Shown: positions 19,155 through 30,629, counted from the stretch's first letter. The stretch: 64,000 bases of DNA from Vulcanimicrobiota bacterium (GCA_963777315.1 CAVZQC010000001.1:288001-352000), one strand, 5' to 3'. Made by a program: numbers and translations. The notes: generated by a model not told the origin, from the sequence alone.

Positions 19155-19798
19155 TTACTTCTGCGTCGAGCAGCGGGTCGAAACGAGCTCGATCGCCGCG
19201 TCCGCTGCGGCATTTTCAGCCCGATCGATAACGTCGCGCTGACCGTCGAACCGTAAGTAGCTCTTGACGTCTCGCATGTCTTTGGGGACGGTCTGGTCGG
19301 ACAGTTCCATTTGGGTTACGTCGAGATCCGCCGGCGGCTGATAGCTCATCATCGTCTGCACGACGCCGCCGACGTCGATTGAGAGTTGCATCTGCTTGTT
19401 GTACGCCAGTGCAGCTTTTCGGCGATCTGGTGCAGCTGCTGCGCCTCTTGCGCATCCTGCGTGAGTTTTTCGCCCTGCCTTAGGCGATCGATCTGATCTT
19501 GCATCCCGGGCAAGCTCGAGCGAATTCGCCCCAGGTATTTCATCAGCTGGACGCGCACGCCGGCATATCGGATCTGGTAATCCGCGTGATGAAAGACGTC
19601 GTTGAGGTCGGTGAGTTGCGAATCGATGCCTTCAAAGTCCCGATCGTTGGCCAGCATCGGCAGCACCGCGGCGTTGAAGTGCTGCGCGATGGAGCTGCAG
19701 AAGGGCGTGGAACGCACCGTTACGATCGTCTTGAGTCTGGGCGGGTTCGCGGCCGCCATGAGCAGCAGCGCAAAAAACGCGCCGTAGGCGCGCTGCAT
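19155..19798 (-). CDS. Hypothetical secreted helical protein; 1-nt deletion at about 19410
   Basis: ORFs 19349-19798 and 19155-19391 join as AEKLQLAYNKQMQLSID when a base is restored in CAG[C]TG. Signal peptide and LKTIVTVRSTPFC motif. Confidence 0.7.
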
Positions 19799-20997
19799 TA
19801 CTCGTTGCTCCAGTAGTCTTTGAGCGCTTTGCCTCGAGAGGGATGGCGCAGTTTGCGCAGTGCCTTGGCTTCGATCTGACGGATTCGCTCGCGCGTGACG
19901 CCGAACTCCTGGCCGACTTCTTCGAGCGTGCGCTGATGGCCGTCCTCGAGCCCGAAGCGCAGCACGAGCACTTTGCGCTCGCGCTCGGTCAGATTTTGCA
20001 GCACGTCCTGCATCTTCTCTTTGAGCAGCATCACCGACGCGGCTTCAGCGGGCGCGACGGCTTCCTGGTCTTCGATAAAGTCGCCTAGATGGGAATCCTC
20101 TTCTTCGCCGATGGGCGTCTCGAGCGAGATCGGCTCTTGGCTGATCTTGATGACTTCGCGAACCTTTTCCGGCGTCAGGCCCATCTCGGCGGCGATCTCT
20201 TCGACGGACGGATCGCGCCCGAGCTCTTGCAGCAGCTGCCGCGAGATTTTGATCAAGCGATTGATCGTTTCGACCATGTGCACGGGGATGCGAATCGTAC
20301 GCGCTTGATCGGCTAATGCTCGGGTAATTGCCTGCCGTATCCACCATGTGGCATACGTCGAGAATTTGTATCCCTTGCGATAGTCGAACTTCTCGACCGC
20401 GCGAATCAAACCCAGATTGCCTTCCTGGATCAGATCCAGAAACAGCATGCCGCGGCCGACGTATTTCTTGGCTATCGAGACCACGAGCCGCAGATTCGCT
20501 TCCGTCAGTTGCCGTTTGGCTTCTTCCCCTTGAACGACCACGATCTGATCGGCCGAGCCGTTTGCGCTGAGTTCTTGCTCGCCCGCCTCGATTTTCATGG
20601 CCAAATTTTTCTCGTCGTCCATGGAAAGCAGCGGTACGCGGCCGATCTCTTTGAGATACATCCGAACCGGATCGTCCAACGCCAGCCCCGCGGAGATCTG
20701 CTCGGGCTCGGCCTCGGCATCGGGTTTGTCTTCTTCGGCTTCTTCGACCACCTCGACCGACGCCGCATTGAGCTCGGTCATCAAATCATCGAAGACCTCG
20801 GCCTCATTGAGATCCTCGCGCGTTTCGGCCAGTCGGCCGACTTCGAGGTTGATCTCTTCCAGCGTAATCGACCCGCGCTTTTTGGCGCGTTCTAAAATCT
20901 TCTTCTTGAGCTCTTCGACCGTAGTCGGCGGCGCTTCCGCAGTTGCAGTGGCCCCGTTGCTCGATGCAGCCTTTTTGCGTGCCATTTTTTCGTTCAC
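19798..20997 (-). CDS. rpoD: RNA polymerase primary sigma factor
   Basis: [49 protein letters not shown]. Alternative start ATG 20985. Confidence 0.98.
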   Translation of the reverse strand: MNEKMARKKAASSNGATATAEAPPTTVEELKKKILERAKKRGSITLEEINLEVGRLAETREDLNEAEVFDDLMTELNAASVEVVEEAEEDKPDAEAEPEQISAGLALDDPVRMYLKEIGRVPLLSMDDEKNLAMKIEAGEQELSANGSADQIVVVQGEEAKRQLTEANLRLVVSIAKKYVGRGMLFLDLIQEGNLGLIRAVEKFDYRKGYKFSTYATWWIRQAITRALADQARTIRIPVHMVETINRLIKISRQLLQELGRDPSVEEIAAEMGLTPEKVREVIKISQEPISLETPIGEEEDSHLGDFIEDQEAVAPAEAASVMLLKEKMQDVLQNLTERERKVLVLRFGLEDGHQRTLEEVGQEFGVTRERIRQIEAKALRKLRHPSRGKALKDYWSNE

Positions 20998-21007
20998 CCC
21001 CTTTCGG

Positions 21008-22798
21008 TCATCTCTTCAACTTGGCAACCAGCGCATCGTATTCGCCGCGCAAATCGCTGCCCACGTTTTTACCCGCCGTCACCAATTCATCAATGCGCCG
21101 GGACAACTCCTGATAACGCCCGCGCTCGTCGTCGAGTTGCAGCCGCTCGACCACTCGCTCCAAATGGGCCCGGCGCTGGTCGGAGTCCTCGTAGCGAACC
21201 GTCGAACTGCGGTCGCGGTTTGCCAGCGATGCCAGAACCCCCATACTTTGGTTATCGTCCGCAAACAACCCGAACACGTCGGGCGTCTTGGCGATGGCTT
21301 GGGCGTTTTCGACCAACCTCGCGTAGATGCCGGCGTAGGTCCCGCTGCGAAAGCGCTCGACCGGTATCCGTTCTGCGAATTCGCGCACGAGGACCGGCTC
21401 TTCGACCATGATCGCCAGGGCTTCCCATTCGAACGAGGAGGGCTGTACATTGGCCGCGGCATAACGGGTTGCGGGTGCGGCTGCGCCCGAACGCGGCGCA
21501 AAATTTGCCGTATTCGCAAGGAAGCGGCTATTCCGGAGCTCGTTCACGTTGACCTTTAGCCGTTTGGCGATCCACACGCGCCAGCGATCCCATTCCATCG
21601 CCGGGGTCATGCGTCGTATGAGTGCTTCGGCCTGTACGGCAATCTCGGCAGGCGAATCAAAGCCGCGCTCCAAGCGCTCGGCCTCGCGCTCGAGCCGGTA
21701 TTCGATTGCGGGCGCGGCGGCGCCGAGCAACTGCGCGAACGCAGCCGGCCCGTGTTCGCGCACGAAACTATCCGGATCGGTCCCCGGCGGCAGGTGCACT
21801 ATCCGAACGCCCGAGCCCGCGTGTTCGATCACGCGCACGGCGATTTCGATTGCTTTGGCCGCGGCAGCGTTGCCGGCAGCATCGGAGTCGAAGCATAAAA
21901 AGATGCCGTCCGCGTACTTACGCAGTTCTTTCGCCTGTTCTTCGGTAAAGGACGTTCCCAGGGAAGCCACCGCGTTTTCGAATCCGGCTTGGTGAAGCGC
22001 GATGCAATCCAAATACCCTTCGACGACGATCAGGGTTCCGTCGCGCGACGCTGCACGGCGCGCGAGATTGAGCGCAAACAGTTGCCGGCCTTTTACGTAT
22101 ACAGGCGTCGTCGACGTGTTCAAGTATTTGGGTTCCGCGTCGCCCAGCGCCCGGCCGCCGAAGGCGATCACTTCTCCGGTGGTCGCATAGGTGGGTACCA
22201 TGAGACGGTCGCGATAAAAATCGTAAAACCCGCGCTCGCCGCGTTTGAGCAGCCCGGCTTTGGCCGCGGTTTCGGCGTCGACGCCGTTGCGCCGCAGATC
22301 GTCGGTCAGCGCGTTCCAGTCGTCGGGTGCGTAGCCGACGTGGAACTTGCGCAGCGTTGCGGCAGCAAGTCCGCGGCGCTCGCAATAGGCCCGCGCTGCG
22401 CAGCCCGGCTCATCGTGCAGCATGCGTTCAAAAAATCCGGCTGCGACGCGATTGGCTTCGTAAATCGCTTCGCGCTCGTTTCGCGCGCGCGCAGCTTGCG
22501 GGTTTTCGGCTTCCAGTTCCACTCCCGCGCGGCTAGCCAGGACGCGCACTGCGTCGGGAAACGCTAAATTGTCCAGTTTGGAGATGAACGCAATGACGTC
22601 GCCGCCTGCTCCGCAGCCGAAACATTTGAAAAACCCTTTGTCGGGATGCACGTGAAACGAGGCCGTTTTCTCGCTATGGAACGGACAAAGACCCACCAAG
22701 TCGTTTCCGCGCTTGGTGAGCGGCACGTACGAACCGATGAAGCTCGCGATGTCGATGCGAGCGTGAATTTCGCGAAGAGTCGCTTGGTCAAACTTCAT
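21008..22798 (-). CDS. dnaG: DNA primase
   Basis: CPFHSEKT...CFGC zinc finger, PKYLNT, VVEGYLD, FDSDAAG, DPDS. Confidence 0.98.
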   Translation of the reverse strand: MKFDQATLREIHARIDIASFIGSYVPLTKRGNDLVGLCPFHSEKTASFHVHPDKGFFKCFGCGAGGDVIAFISKLDNLAFPDAVRVLASRAGVELEAENPQAARARNEREAIYEANRVAAGFFERMLHDEPGCAARAYCERRGLAAATLRKFHVGYAPDDWNALTDDLRRNGVDAETAAKAGLLKRGERGFYDFYRDRLMVPTYATTGEVIAFGGRALGDAEPKYLNTSTTPVYVKGRQLFALNLARRAASRDGTLIVVEGYLDCIALHQAGFENAVASLGTSFTEEQAKELRKYADGIFLCFDSDAAGNAAAAKAIEIAVRVIEHAGSGVRIVHLPPGTDPDSFVREHGPAAFAQLLGAAAPAIEYRLEREAERLERGFDSPAEIAVQAEALIRRMTPAMEWDRWRVWIAKRLKVNVNELRNSRFLANTANFAPRSGAAAPATRYAAANVQPSSFEWEALAIMVEEPVLVREFAERIPVERFRSGTYAGIYARLVENAQAIAKTPDVFGLFADDNQSMGVLASLANRDRSSTVRYEDSDQRRAHLERVVERLQLDDERGRYQELSRRIDELVTAGKNVGSDLRGEYDALVAKLKR

Positions 22799-22875
22799 TG
22801 CGCTGGGGCTTCCTTCGCCGCCGGCCGCGCCGTTCCCAACGGAATCGCGGCGAGGACGCCCGAAGAACGCGCCCG

Positions 22876-24135
22876 ATGAAACGGATTTACGATCCGGTCC
22901 ACCGCTTCATCGAGCTGTCGCCTGCCGAAGCCGAGCTGTTGGACTGCGCCGTCCTTCAGCGTCTGCGCCGCTTGCGCCAGTTAGGCCTGGCTTACCTGGC
23001 ATTTCCATCGGCCGAACATTCGCGTTTCACGCACGCGTTGGGCGCGCTGGCAATGGGGACGCGGGCCTTCGACGCGCTCGTCCGTCACGGTCGCGAGTTT
23101 TTCGAAGGCGACGCGGACGCCGCCTATCAGCGCAGGCTCGTGCGCGCTGCCCTAATCTTGCACGACGTCGGGCACGGACCGTTCAGTCATGCCTGCGAGG
23201 CCGTGCTGGGTAGACCGCATGAAGATCGAACGCGCGAAATTCTGGGCTTGGCGGAAATGCAGACTGCGCTGGGCGCGCTGCAAGTCGATCCGGAGCACGC
23301 ACTCGATCTGATTCTGCATTCGCCCCACGCACGATATCCCGTCTTGTCCGAGATCGTCAGCGGACCGAATTTGGATGCGGACCGGATGGATTATTTGCTG
23401 CGGGATGCCTACTTCACCGGCGTGTCGGGCGGCCGCTACGATGCCGACCAGCTCGTGGACTCGCTGCGAATCCTGCAAGTGAACGGGCGCGCCGTCATGG
23501 GCATCGACCGGCGGGGCGTCGTAGCGCTGGAGTCGTTCGTGCTGGCGCGATACATGATGTTCGCCTCGGTGTATTTTCACCACACGACCCGGATGTTCGA
23601 ACGCATACTGCAGGCTGCGCTGCGCGAACTCTGGCCTCAGCCGCGCGCGCTGGATCCGATTGACGAATTCTTGCGCTGGGACGATTTTCGGGTTCTGAAC
23701 GAACTGCGGGAGGCGCCGTCCGAGGCGGCGCGAGCACTGCGCGAACGCATACGGCTCTACGCCGTCGCAGCCGAGTTCAACGCCGAGCGGGATTTGAGCG
23801 TATACGAGCGCTGCGATGCTGCGTTGCGGGAACGTTACGGCGATGAGGCCGTTTGGAGCGACGAGCAATCGCAATTGATCCACCGTCTGCCGCTGCAGGC
23901 GGGCGGCGGCAACTCGACGGTGTGGGTGGGCGCGGCGTCCGGCGAGATCGTCGACGCACGGCAAGCTTCGGACCTGATTGCGAAACTTTCAGGCAAGGCC
24001 TACTGGCGCAAACTCTTCGTGCGGCCCGACCGCGTCGACGTCGCGCAAGCCCGGCGGCTGTGTCGTGAAATCGGGAGCGCCCGGTTTTCCGAGCAGCTCC
24101 CGATTGCGGGTAGAGAGGTTAGCGGCGATGCGTAG
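22876..24135 (+). CDS. HD-domain phosphohydrolase (SAMHD1/YwfO-like dNTP triphosphohydrolase family)
   Basis: IYDPVH, QRLRRLRQLG, HSRFTHALG, LHDVGHGPFSH, LDADRMDYLLRD, VYFHHT. Confidence 0.92.
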   Translation: MKRIYDPVHRFIELSPAEAELLDCAVLQRLRRLRQLGLAYLAFPSAEHSRFTHALGALAMGTRAFDALVRHGREFFEGDADAAYQRRLVRAALILHDVGHGPFSHACEAVLGRPHEDRTREILGLAEMQTALGALQVDPEHALDLILHSPHARYPVLSEIVSGPNLDADRMDYLLRDAYFTGVSGGRYDADQLVDSLRILQVNGRAVMGIDRRGVVALESFVLARYMMFASVYFHHTTRMFERILQAALRELWPQPRALDPIDEFLRWDDFRVLNELREAPSEAARALRERIRLYAVAAEFNAERDLSVYERCDAALRERYGDEAVWSDEQSQLIHRLPLQAGGGNSTVWVGAASGEIVDARQASDLIAKLSGKAYWRKLFVRPDRVDVAQARRLCREIGSARFSEQLPIAGREVSGDA

Positions 24136-24415
24136 CGTCGTAGTCGATTGCAGCCTGCAGTTGGCCGCGGGCTTGCTGCATGTCGGCAATTGCGGCCACG
24201 CGATGTCCCCCGTAATCGCGCTGGTCGCGCTGCAGCTGGTCGATGATCGCTTCCAAGCGGGTCTTGGCGCGCATGATGTTGCGCGCGCTGCCGTACTCGC
24301 CGCGTAATGCGGGAGCGGATTGCGCGTGTGCCGTCGACGTAAAGACGGCTCCGGCTCCGAACATCGAAGCGGAGAGGATCAATGAGGCCAGGGCGGCTTT
24401 CCAGTTCTTGACCAT
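24119..24415 (-). CDS. Small secreted helical protein
   Basis: SD AAGGAG; signal peptide ending AHA; DYGGHRVAAI motif. Confidence 0.7.
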   Translation of the reverse strand: MVKNWKAALASLILSASMFGAGAVFTSTAHAQSAPALRGEYGSARNIMRAKTRLEAIIDQLQRDQRDYGGHRVAAIADMQQARGQLQAAIDYDATHRR

Positions 24416-24538
24416 GATGAAGCTCCTTGTAAGACAGGTCGAGAGTATCTGTCTACAGGAAACGCCGCCGGCGCAAAACGCCGTTCCTTGGAAACCGCGC
24501 TTTTAATTCCGCATTAACGGAGCGGATGCGGCGCGTCG

Positions 24539-27232
24539 CTACGTTAGCGTACCCTGCGCGGCCTGAGCCGCCGCCAAACGCGCGATCGGGACGCGGTACG
24601 GAGAACATGAGACGTAGTCCAAACCCAGACCGTGGCAGAACGCCACGCTCGACGGCTCGCCGCCGTGTTCGCCGCAAATACCGATTTTCAAGGTCGGGTT
24701 TGCGGTGCGTCCCAGCCTTATTGCATCCTGCATCAGCGTGCCCACACCGCGACGGTCCAGCACTTGGAACGGATCGTCCTTGAGGATTTTCTGCTCGAGA
24801 TACCGCGGAATGAACGTAGCCTCCGCGTCGTCCCGGCTGTAGCCGAACGTCGTCTGGGTGAGGTCGTTCGTGCCGAACGAAAAGAACTGCGCGCCGGCCT
24901 GCGCGATTTCGTCGGCGACCACGCACGCACGCGGCAGCTCGATCATCGTACCGATGCGGTAGGCGACGGGAACGCCGGTTTGGGCGATGACGCCGTCGGC
25001 AACTTCGCGCGCGGCTTGCGCGGTAAATCGCATTTCTTCTTTTGTGCCGACGCCCGGAATCATGACGTCGGGTCTGACGTCGACTCCGCGGCGCTTGAGT
25101 TCACACGCCGCCTGAAAGATCGCTCGCACCTGCATAGCGTAAATTTCCGGGTACACGATTCCCAGCCGGCATACGCGTAGTCCGAGCATGGGGTTTTGTT
25201 CGTGCATCTGGGCAACGCGTTTGAGCACCCGCGCTCGCGCTTGGTATTGCGCCGATTGCTCGCCATGCGCAATCCGCAGTTCGGTCGTTTCGACCAGCAG
25301 CGATTCCAATGAAGGCAAGAATTCGTGCAGCGGAGGGTCCAACAAGCGAATCGTTACCGGACATCCCTGCATCGCTTCCAAAATTCCGGCAAAATCCTCG
25401 CGCTGGAACGGCAAGAGTTTGGCCAGCGCCTGCGCGCGCGCTTGCGGAGTATCGGACAGGATCATGTCCTGTACCACCGGCAGGCGATCCTGCTGCATGA
25501 ACATGTGCTCGGTGCGGCACAGTCCGATGCCCTGCGCGCCGAGTTCGCGGGCTTTGCGCGCATCCTGCGGCGTGTCAGCGTTCGCCCAGACCTGCAAGCT
25601 GCGTGCCTCATCGGCCCAACTCAAAAACGTTTCGAGCCACGCCGGCAGCTTCGACGGAGGATCGATGAGCGGCAGTTGTCCGAAAATGACGTCGCCCGTC
25701 GTTCCGTCGATCGTTATCCAGTCGCCCTCGGACAGCGGCGTCTGCCCGATATGCGCCAGACGGCTGGCTCTGTCGATTTGCAGCGCCTCGCAGCCCGCGA
25801 CGCACGGTTTTCCCATGCCGCGTGCGACCACCGCTGCATGCGACGTTGCTCCGCCCTTTGCGGTCAGAATGCCGCGCGCAGCGATCATTCCGTGAACGTC
25901 GTCGGGCGTGGTTTCCGTGCGCACGAGCACGACCGCTTTGCCGGCGTTGCCCAGCGTCCGGGCGGTATCTGCGTCGAAAACGACTTGTCCGCTTGCGGCG
26001 CCGGGCGAGGCGTTGAGACCTTTGCAGGCGGGTTGGTAGTGCTCGGCGGGATCGATGCGCGCGTGGAAAAGTTGATCCAGCGAAGATGCGTTCACCCGCG
26101 CGAGCGCTTCGCTCTTGGAGATCAACCCTTCGTTCACCATGCCGAGCGCGATCTTGACGGCCGCCTGCGCGCTGCGTTTGGCCGTGCGGGTCTGAAGCAT
26201 GAACAGTTTGCCGCGCTCGACCGTGAATTCCAGGTCCTGCATGTCGCGGTAATGCTGTTCGAGGGTGCGCGCAATCTCGACGAATTGCCGGTATACCAGC
26301 GGCTGCGAGCGCTCCAGGTCCGAGATCTTCTCAGGGGTACGAATCCCCGCAACGACGTCTTCCCCCTGCGCGTTGCGAAGATACTCACCGAACAGCGCGT
26401 TCTCTCCGGTGTTCGGGTTGCGCGTAAAGGCCACGCCGGTACCCGAGTCGTCGCCCATGTTGCCGAAGACCATTGAAACGACGCTGACCGCCGTTCCCCA
26501 ATCGTCGGAAATCTTGTTGTAGCGGCGATACTCGATGGCTCGCTTGGAATTCCACGAGTCGAACACCGCGCGGATGGCAAGGTCGAGCTGCTCTTTGGCA
26601 TCTTGGGGAAAGCTGCGCCCGGTGTGCTCGCGCACGATCTCTTTGAACCCGGCGATCAAATCGCGCCAAGCCGCTGCGTTTATTTCGGGATCGCCGCTTA
26701 CGCCCAGGCGCTTCTTTTCGAGCTCGATTCGCTCTTCAAAGCGGTCCTTTTCCACGCCGAGCACGACGCCGGAGAACATGCATATGAACCGCCGGTATGC
26801 ATCCCATGCGAACCGCTCGTTGCCCGTGAGTTCGGCCAAACCCAAAACGGTGTCGTCGTTCAGGCCCAAGTTCAGTATGGTGTCCATCATGCCGGGCATG
26901 GAAACTCGCGCTCCGCTTCGCACGGACACCAAAAGCGGATTGGCCGGATCGCCGAACCGCTTTGCGGTGCGCCGCTCGAGCTGCGCCATGGCGGCGCCGA
27001 CTGCATCGCTGAATCCGGGCGGGTTGCGGCGCCCGAGGCGATAGTATTCCAGGCAGGTTTGCGTCGTAATCGTAAAACCGGGCGGCACCGGAAGGCCCGC
27101 GCGCGTCATCTCGGCCAGACCGGCGCCTTTTCCGCCGAGCAGATCCTTCATCTGGGCGCTGCCCTCTTCGAAAAACCAAATAGGCTTCTCGAGCGAAGCC
27201 TTCGGTTTCGGCGACGCGAGCATCTCGGACAT
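24539..27232 (-). CDS. ppdK: Pyruvate, phosphate dikinase
   Basis: LGGKGAGL, SVRSGARVSMPGMMDT, GGATSHAAVVARG, GLCRTEHMF, SFGTNDLTQ, GICGEHGG. Confidence 0.98.
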   Translation of the reverse strand: MSEMLASPKPKASLEKPIWFFEEGSAQMKDLLGGKGAGLAEMTRAGLPVPPGFTITTQTCLEYYRLGRRNPPGFSDAVGAAMAQLERRTAKRFGDPANPLLVSVRSGARVSMPGMMDTILNLGLNDDTVLGLAELTGNERFAWDAYRRFICMFSGVVLGVEKDRFEERIELEKKRLGVSGDPEINAAAWRDLIAGFKEIVREHTGRSFPQDAKEQLDLAIRAVFDSWNSKRAIEYRRYNKISDDWGTAVSVVSMVFGNMGDDSGTGVAFTRNPNTGENALFGEYLRNAQGEDVVAGIRTPEKISDLERSQPLVYRQFVEIARTLEQHYRDMQDLEFTVERGKLFMLQTRTAKRSAQAAVKIALGMVNEGLISKSEALARVNASSLDQLFHARIDPAEHYQPACKGLNASPGAASGQVVFDADTARTLGNAGKAVVLVRTETTPDDVHGMIAARGILTAKGGATSHAAVVARGMGKPCVAGCEALQIDRASRLAHIGQTPLSEGDWITIDGTTGDVIFGQLPLIDPPSKLPAWLETFLSWADEARSLQVWANADTPQDARKARELGAQGIGLCRTEHMFMQQDRLPVVQDMILSDTPQARAQALAKLLPFQREDFAGILEAMQGCPVTIRLLDPPLHEFLPSLESLLVETTELRIAHGEQSAQYQARARVLKRVAQMHEQNPMLGLRVCRLGIVYPEIYAMQVRAIFQAACELKRRGVDVRPDVMIPGVGTKEEMRFTAQAAREVADGVIAQTGVPVAYRIGTMIELPRACVVADEIAQAGAQFFSFGTNDLTQTTFGYSRDDAEATFIPRYLEQKILKDDPFQVLDRRGVGTLMQDAIRLGRTANPTLKIGICGEHGGEPSSVAFCHGLGLDYVSCSPYRVPIARLAAAQAAQGTLT

Positions 27233-27325
27233 CGTGACTCCCCGTGCGATTGAGCGGCGTTTTCTCGCTTGTACCCAGCCTTCGAGCCAACCGAGCGTCC
27301 GCCCCTATGGGATGTATCCCGCCCT

Positions 27326-28681
27326 TCAGGCCGCTCCGTCGACCCGGTCGCGCAGGTACGCCGCAAGCGCCGCCACGGCGATGCGCTCCTGGCGCATCGA
27401 GTCGCGCTCGCGCACCGTCACCGCGCGGTCGGTGAGGGTCTCATAGTCGACCGTCAGGCAAAACGGGGTGCCGATCTCGTCCTGGCGCCGATAGAGCTGG
27501 CCGATGTTGCCTTCATCGTATTGCGTGCGAAAGTGCGCGCGCAACGTACGTTCGATCGTACTGGCCTGCTCGACGAGTTCGGGCTTGTTGCGGGCCAAAG
27601 AGAACACCGCAACCTGTATGGGTGCGATTTTGGGATGAAAATGCAAAACGACGCGTTCGGTTTGCTTTCCATTGGGATCGAGGCTGCTCTGCTTCTCGTA
27701 TGCGTCTATGAGAAAGGTGAGAGTGGTGCGATCCATGCCGGCCGAGCTTTCGATGAGCAGCGGCGTGTATTTTCTTTTACCGCCCTCGTCGAAGAATTGC
27801 AAATCCTTGCCGGACAGCCGCATGTGCGCGTCGAGATCGTACGTGCCGCGGTGCGCGATCGATTCCAGCTCGCCCCAGCCCCAGGGAAACAGATACTCGA
27901 CGTCGATGCCCGCTTTGGCGTAGTGCGGACGCTCTTGCGGGGTCAATTCGTAAAAGCGCAGCTTCTCCGAATGGATGCCGTACGCAGAATACCACTCTTT
28001 GCGCCGTTCGACCCATTCCTTGAACCATTCGATGTCGTTTCCGTCATCGGGCACGAAAAACTCGAGCTCGGCCTGCTCGAATTCCCGAACGCGAAAGATA
28101 AAGTTTCCCGGCGTAATTTCGTTGCGGAAGGATTTGCCGATTTGCGCAACGCCGAACGGCGGCTTCTTGCGAGCGGTCTGATAGATGTTTTTGAAGTTCA
28201 CGAAAATGCCCTGGGCCGTTTCAGGACGCAGGTACGCGCTCGAGGCCGTATCTTCCATCGGGCCGACGAACGTGCGCATCATCAAATTGAAGTTGCGAGG
28301 CTCGGTCAGGCTGTTTTTGCTGCCGCAATCCGGGCACTGCTCGGACAAAGGCAGGTGATCGGCGCGAAAGCGATGTTTGCAGACCTTGCAGTCGACCATG
28401 CGATCGTGAAATTCGTTCAGGTGGCCCGAAGCCTGCCACGTGAGCGGGTGCATGACGATCGACGAATCGAAGCCCACTACGTCGTCGCGCGTCTCCACCG
28501 TGTCCCGCCACCATGCTTGCTTGACGTTGCGTTTGAGGATCGCACCGAGCGGGCCGTAGTCGTAGAAGCCGCCGATGCCGCCGTAGATCTCACTGGACTG
28601 AAAGATAAAGCCGCGGCGCTTTGCCAGGGCCGTGATTTCGTCGAGCGTTACGTTGGGTTCGGCGCCCTGACCGGTTTCCAT
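27326..28681 (-). CDS. glyQS: Glycine--tRNA ligase, alpha2 type
   Basis: YDYGPLG, LRPETAQGIF, GKSFRNEITP, FRVREFEQAELEFF, YRRQDEIGTP. Confidence 0.97.
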   Translation of the reverse strand: METGQGAEPNVTLDEITALAKRRGFIFQSSEIYGGIGGFYDYGPLGAILKRNVKQAWWRDTVETRDDVVGFDSSIVMHPLTWQASGHLNEFHDRMVDCKVCKHRFRADHLPLSEQCPDCGSKNSLTEPRNFNLMMRTFVGPMEDTASSAYLRPETAQGIFVNFKNIYQTARKKPPFGVAQIGKSFRNEITPGNFIFRVREFEQAELEFFVPDDGNDIEWFKEWVERRKEWYSAYGIHSEKLRFYELTPQERPHYAKAGIDVEYLFPWGWGELESIAHRGTYDLDAHMRLSGKDLQFFDEGGKRKYTPLLIESSAGMDRTTLTFLIDAYEKQSSLDPNGKQTERVVLHFHPKIAPIQVAVFSLARNKPELVEQASTIERTLRAHFRTQYDEGNIGQLYRRQDEIGTPFCLTVDYETLTDRAVTVRERDSMRQERIAVAALAAYLRDRVDGAA

Positions 28682-28764
28682 AAAGGCCCTTCGGTTTGGG
28701 CAGGTCGGCGCCGGGTCCTGCGCCGCGTGCGGCGTTTAAGGAATACGGGAGCGGTTGAGCGTCG

Positions 28765-29115
28765 TCATGAGTGCGCCAGAACGTTTACGAGCTTGCCGAA
28801 CGGATCGCGTACGTAAAAGCGCCGAACGCCCCAGGGTTCTTCTACCGGCCCATATTCAACCTGCAACCCGGCGCTCTTGACGCGCTGAAGAACGGCATCC
28901 ACGTCGTCCACCTCAATCGATAAATCTGGAGTGGCCGTGTCGGAACCGCCTTGGTTCGCAAAGCTGATTTGAACGCTCATCTGCTCTGCGCACCCGTATG
29001 TAACGATCCAGCCATGGTCCATCAGGACGTCTAATCCCAAGATATCGTGATAGAACGACCCAGCCGCTGAAACGTTCTGCGTGTCGATGTTCGCTACGAT
29101 GCGCCTTACCGTCAC
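28765..29115 (-). CDS. VOC/glyoxalase family protein
   Basis: VRRIVANI, FYHDILGL, LSIEVDDVD, EPWGVRRFYVRDPFGKLVN. Confidence 0.9.
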   Translation of the reverse strand: MTVRRIVANIDTQNVSAAGSFYHDILGLDVLMDHGWIVTYGCAEQMSVQISFANQGGSDTATPDLSIEVDDVDAVLQRVKSAGLQVEYGPVEEPWGVRRFYVRDPFGKLVNVLAHS

Positions 29116-29179
29116 GTTCGCATCATACCAGCGTGGCGACTCATACGCCATATCGACGTGAGTAAGGACCGCCCGCGAG

Positions 29180-29917
29180 TCATTCATCCCGCAGTAACCT
29201 ATCGACCAACCGCCGATAGTCGTTTAAGAACCGTTTCGTAACCGCGAAGTGCTCGGTATCTTCGTATTGGACTTCCCGCACGCCGTCAGCGCCGAATTGC
29301 ACGATTTTGCTGTTCGGGTACGCCAGCAAAATGGGCGAATGCGTCGCAATGATGAATTGCGAGCGTGCCCGAACCAAACGGTGAATCGACGCGAGAGCGC
29401 TCATTTGTCGCGTCGGCGACAGCGCCGCTTCCGGTTCATCGAATACATAGAATCCGTCGCCGCGCAGTTTGCGATTGAGCAGCACGAGAAATGCTTCGCC
29501 ATGGGAACGCCGATGAAGCGGTATGTTGTCGTAGCCTCCCAGGTACCCGACTTCGTCCGTGTACGTCGCAACATTGTAAAAGCTCTCTGCGCGCAGAAAA
29601 TACCCGTCGTTTGGTCTGCGGAAACTGCGATTGATGCGAAGATACTCGTGCAGCGTCGACACCGTGTCCGCCGTATTGAACAGCATGTTGCGCGTGCCGC
29701 CTTCCGGCCCGAATCCCATTGCCAGAGCGACGGCTTCCAAGATCGTTGATTTGCCCGTGCCGTTCTCGCCGACGAAAAACGTAACGTCCGGATGAAATCG
29801 CAGTACGCCCAGCTTGGCCACTGCGGGTATGTCGAACGGATATTCGTTGGATCGCGCCGTCCGTTCGGGTTCGATCGATATCTCTTTAAGATATGGTTTT
29901 GGTTCCAGCGCGGGCAC
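29180..29917 (-). CDS. Stand-alone ABC/AAA-type ATPase (COG3910-like)
   Basis: FVGENGTGKST, FLRAESF, SHGEAF, DEPEAALSP, IATHSPILL. Confidence 0.9.
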   Translation of the reverse strand: MPALEPKPYLKEISIEPERTARSNEYPFDIPAVAKLGVLRFHPDVTFFVGENGTGKSTILEAVALAMGFGPEGGTRNMLFNTADTVSTLHEYLRINRSFRRPNDGYFLRAESFYNVATYTDEVGYLGGYDNIPLHRRSHGEAFLVLLNRKLRGDGFYVFDEPEAALSPTRQMSALASIHRLVRARSQFIIATHSPILLAYPNSKIVQFGADGVREVQYEDTEHFAVTKRFLNDYRRLVDRLLRDE

Positions 29918-29928
29918 GGTACGCCGCC

Positions 29929-30264
29929 CTAAAAGATGCGGGCGCCGTTTGGAACCGCTCTTTGCGGAGCCAAGAGGACCACGCGCCCTTGCTCGTCCGG
30001 CGCCCCAAGCACGAGCACCTCACTGACGAAGCCGCCGATGCGTTTTGGCGCCAGATTCACGACGGCTACGACCTGCTTGTCGATCAGATCTTCGACTGAG
30101 TATAACTGCGTAATTTGCGCGCTCGAACGCTTGTGTCCGAGCTCCATTCCTAGGTCCAGCGTCAGCTTATAGGCGGGCTTACGCGCCTGCGGGAAGAGCT
30201 CCACCGCAATGACCGTGCCCACTCGTATGTCCGCTTGCGCCTGCACCGACCATTGCCGCTTCAT
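29929..30264 (-). CDS. csaA: CsaA/Trbp111-like tRNA-binding chaperone
   Basis: DIRVGTV, ARKPAYKL, SSAQIT, VVNLAPKRIGGFVSEVLVLG. Confidence 0.88.
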   Translation of the reverse strand: MKRQWSVQAQADIRVGTVIAVELFPQARKPAYKLTLDLGMELGHKRSSAQITQLYSVEDLIDKQVVAVVNLAPKRIGGFVSEVLVLGAPDEQGRVVLLAPQRAVPNGARIF

Positions 30265-30629
30265 CTGAGCTGTTCTTCAATACTGCGCGTCCGGTCGGTG
30301 ATCACGTCTCCGGTATGCTGGGTGTGGACCGGTTCGATCAAAGCGACCCAACACTCCTCGTCGGCTACCGGATTGTGCCGAACGTCACGGGGAACCACAT
30401 AGAACTGTCCCGGGCCGATTGCTATTTCCTCGCCGCCATCGAGCTCGATTCGTAGTCGGCCTCGAAGCACCAGGAACAACTCGTCCTGACCGGCGTGCTT
30501 GTGCCACGCAAGGCTTCCCAGCAGCTTAGCGACCTTGACGTAGTGATCGTTGACTTGTCCGACGATCCGAGGCGACCAATAATCCGTCACCTGCGCGAAG
30601 GCGCCCTCAAAGTCTGTCGCGTTCAGCAT
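30261..30629 (-). CDS. Cupin-domain protein
   Basis: WSPRIVG, WHKHAGQDELFLV, VVPRDVRHNP. Confidence 0.9.
   Translation of the reverse strand: MLNATDFEGAFAQVTDYWSPRIVGQVNDHYVKVAKLLGSLAWHKHAGQDELFLVLRGRLRIELDGGEEIAIGPGQFYVVPRDVRHNPVADEECWVALIEPVHTQHTGDVITDRTRSIEEQLR

Noticed and set aside
27269..28816. 515-aa plus-strand ORF, and similar long antisense ORFs over ppdK, LCP and mqn genes
   Set aside because: Lies opposite well-supported genes and has no independent coding signal.
29180..29917. Stand-alone ATPase as an anti-phage defence component
   Set aside because: No adjacent nuclease, TOPRIM or effector gene; motifs fit the common COG3910-like family.
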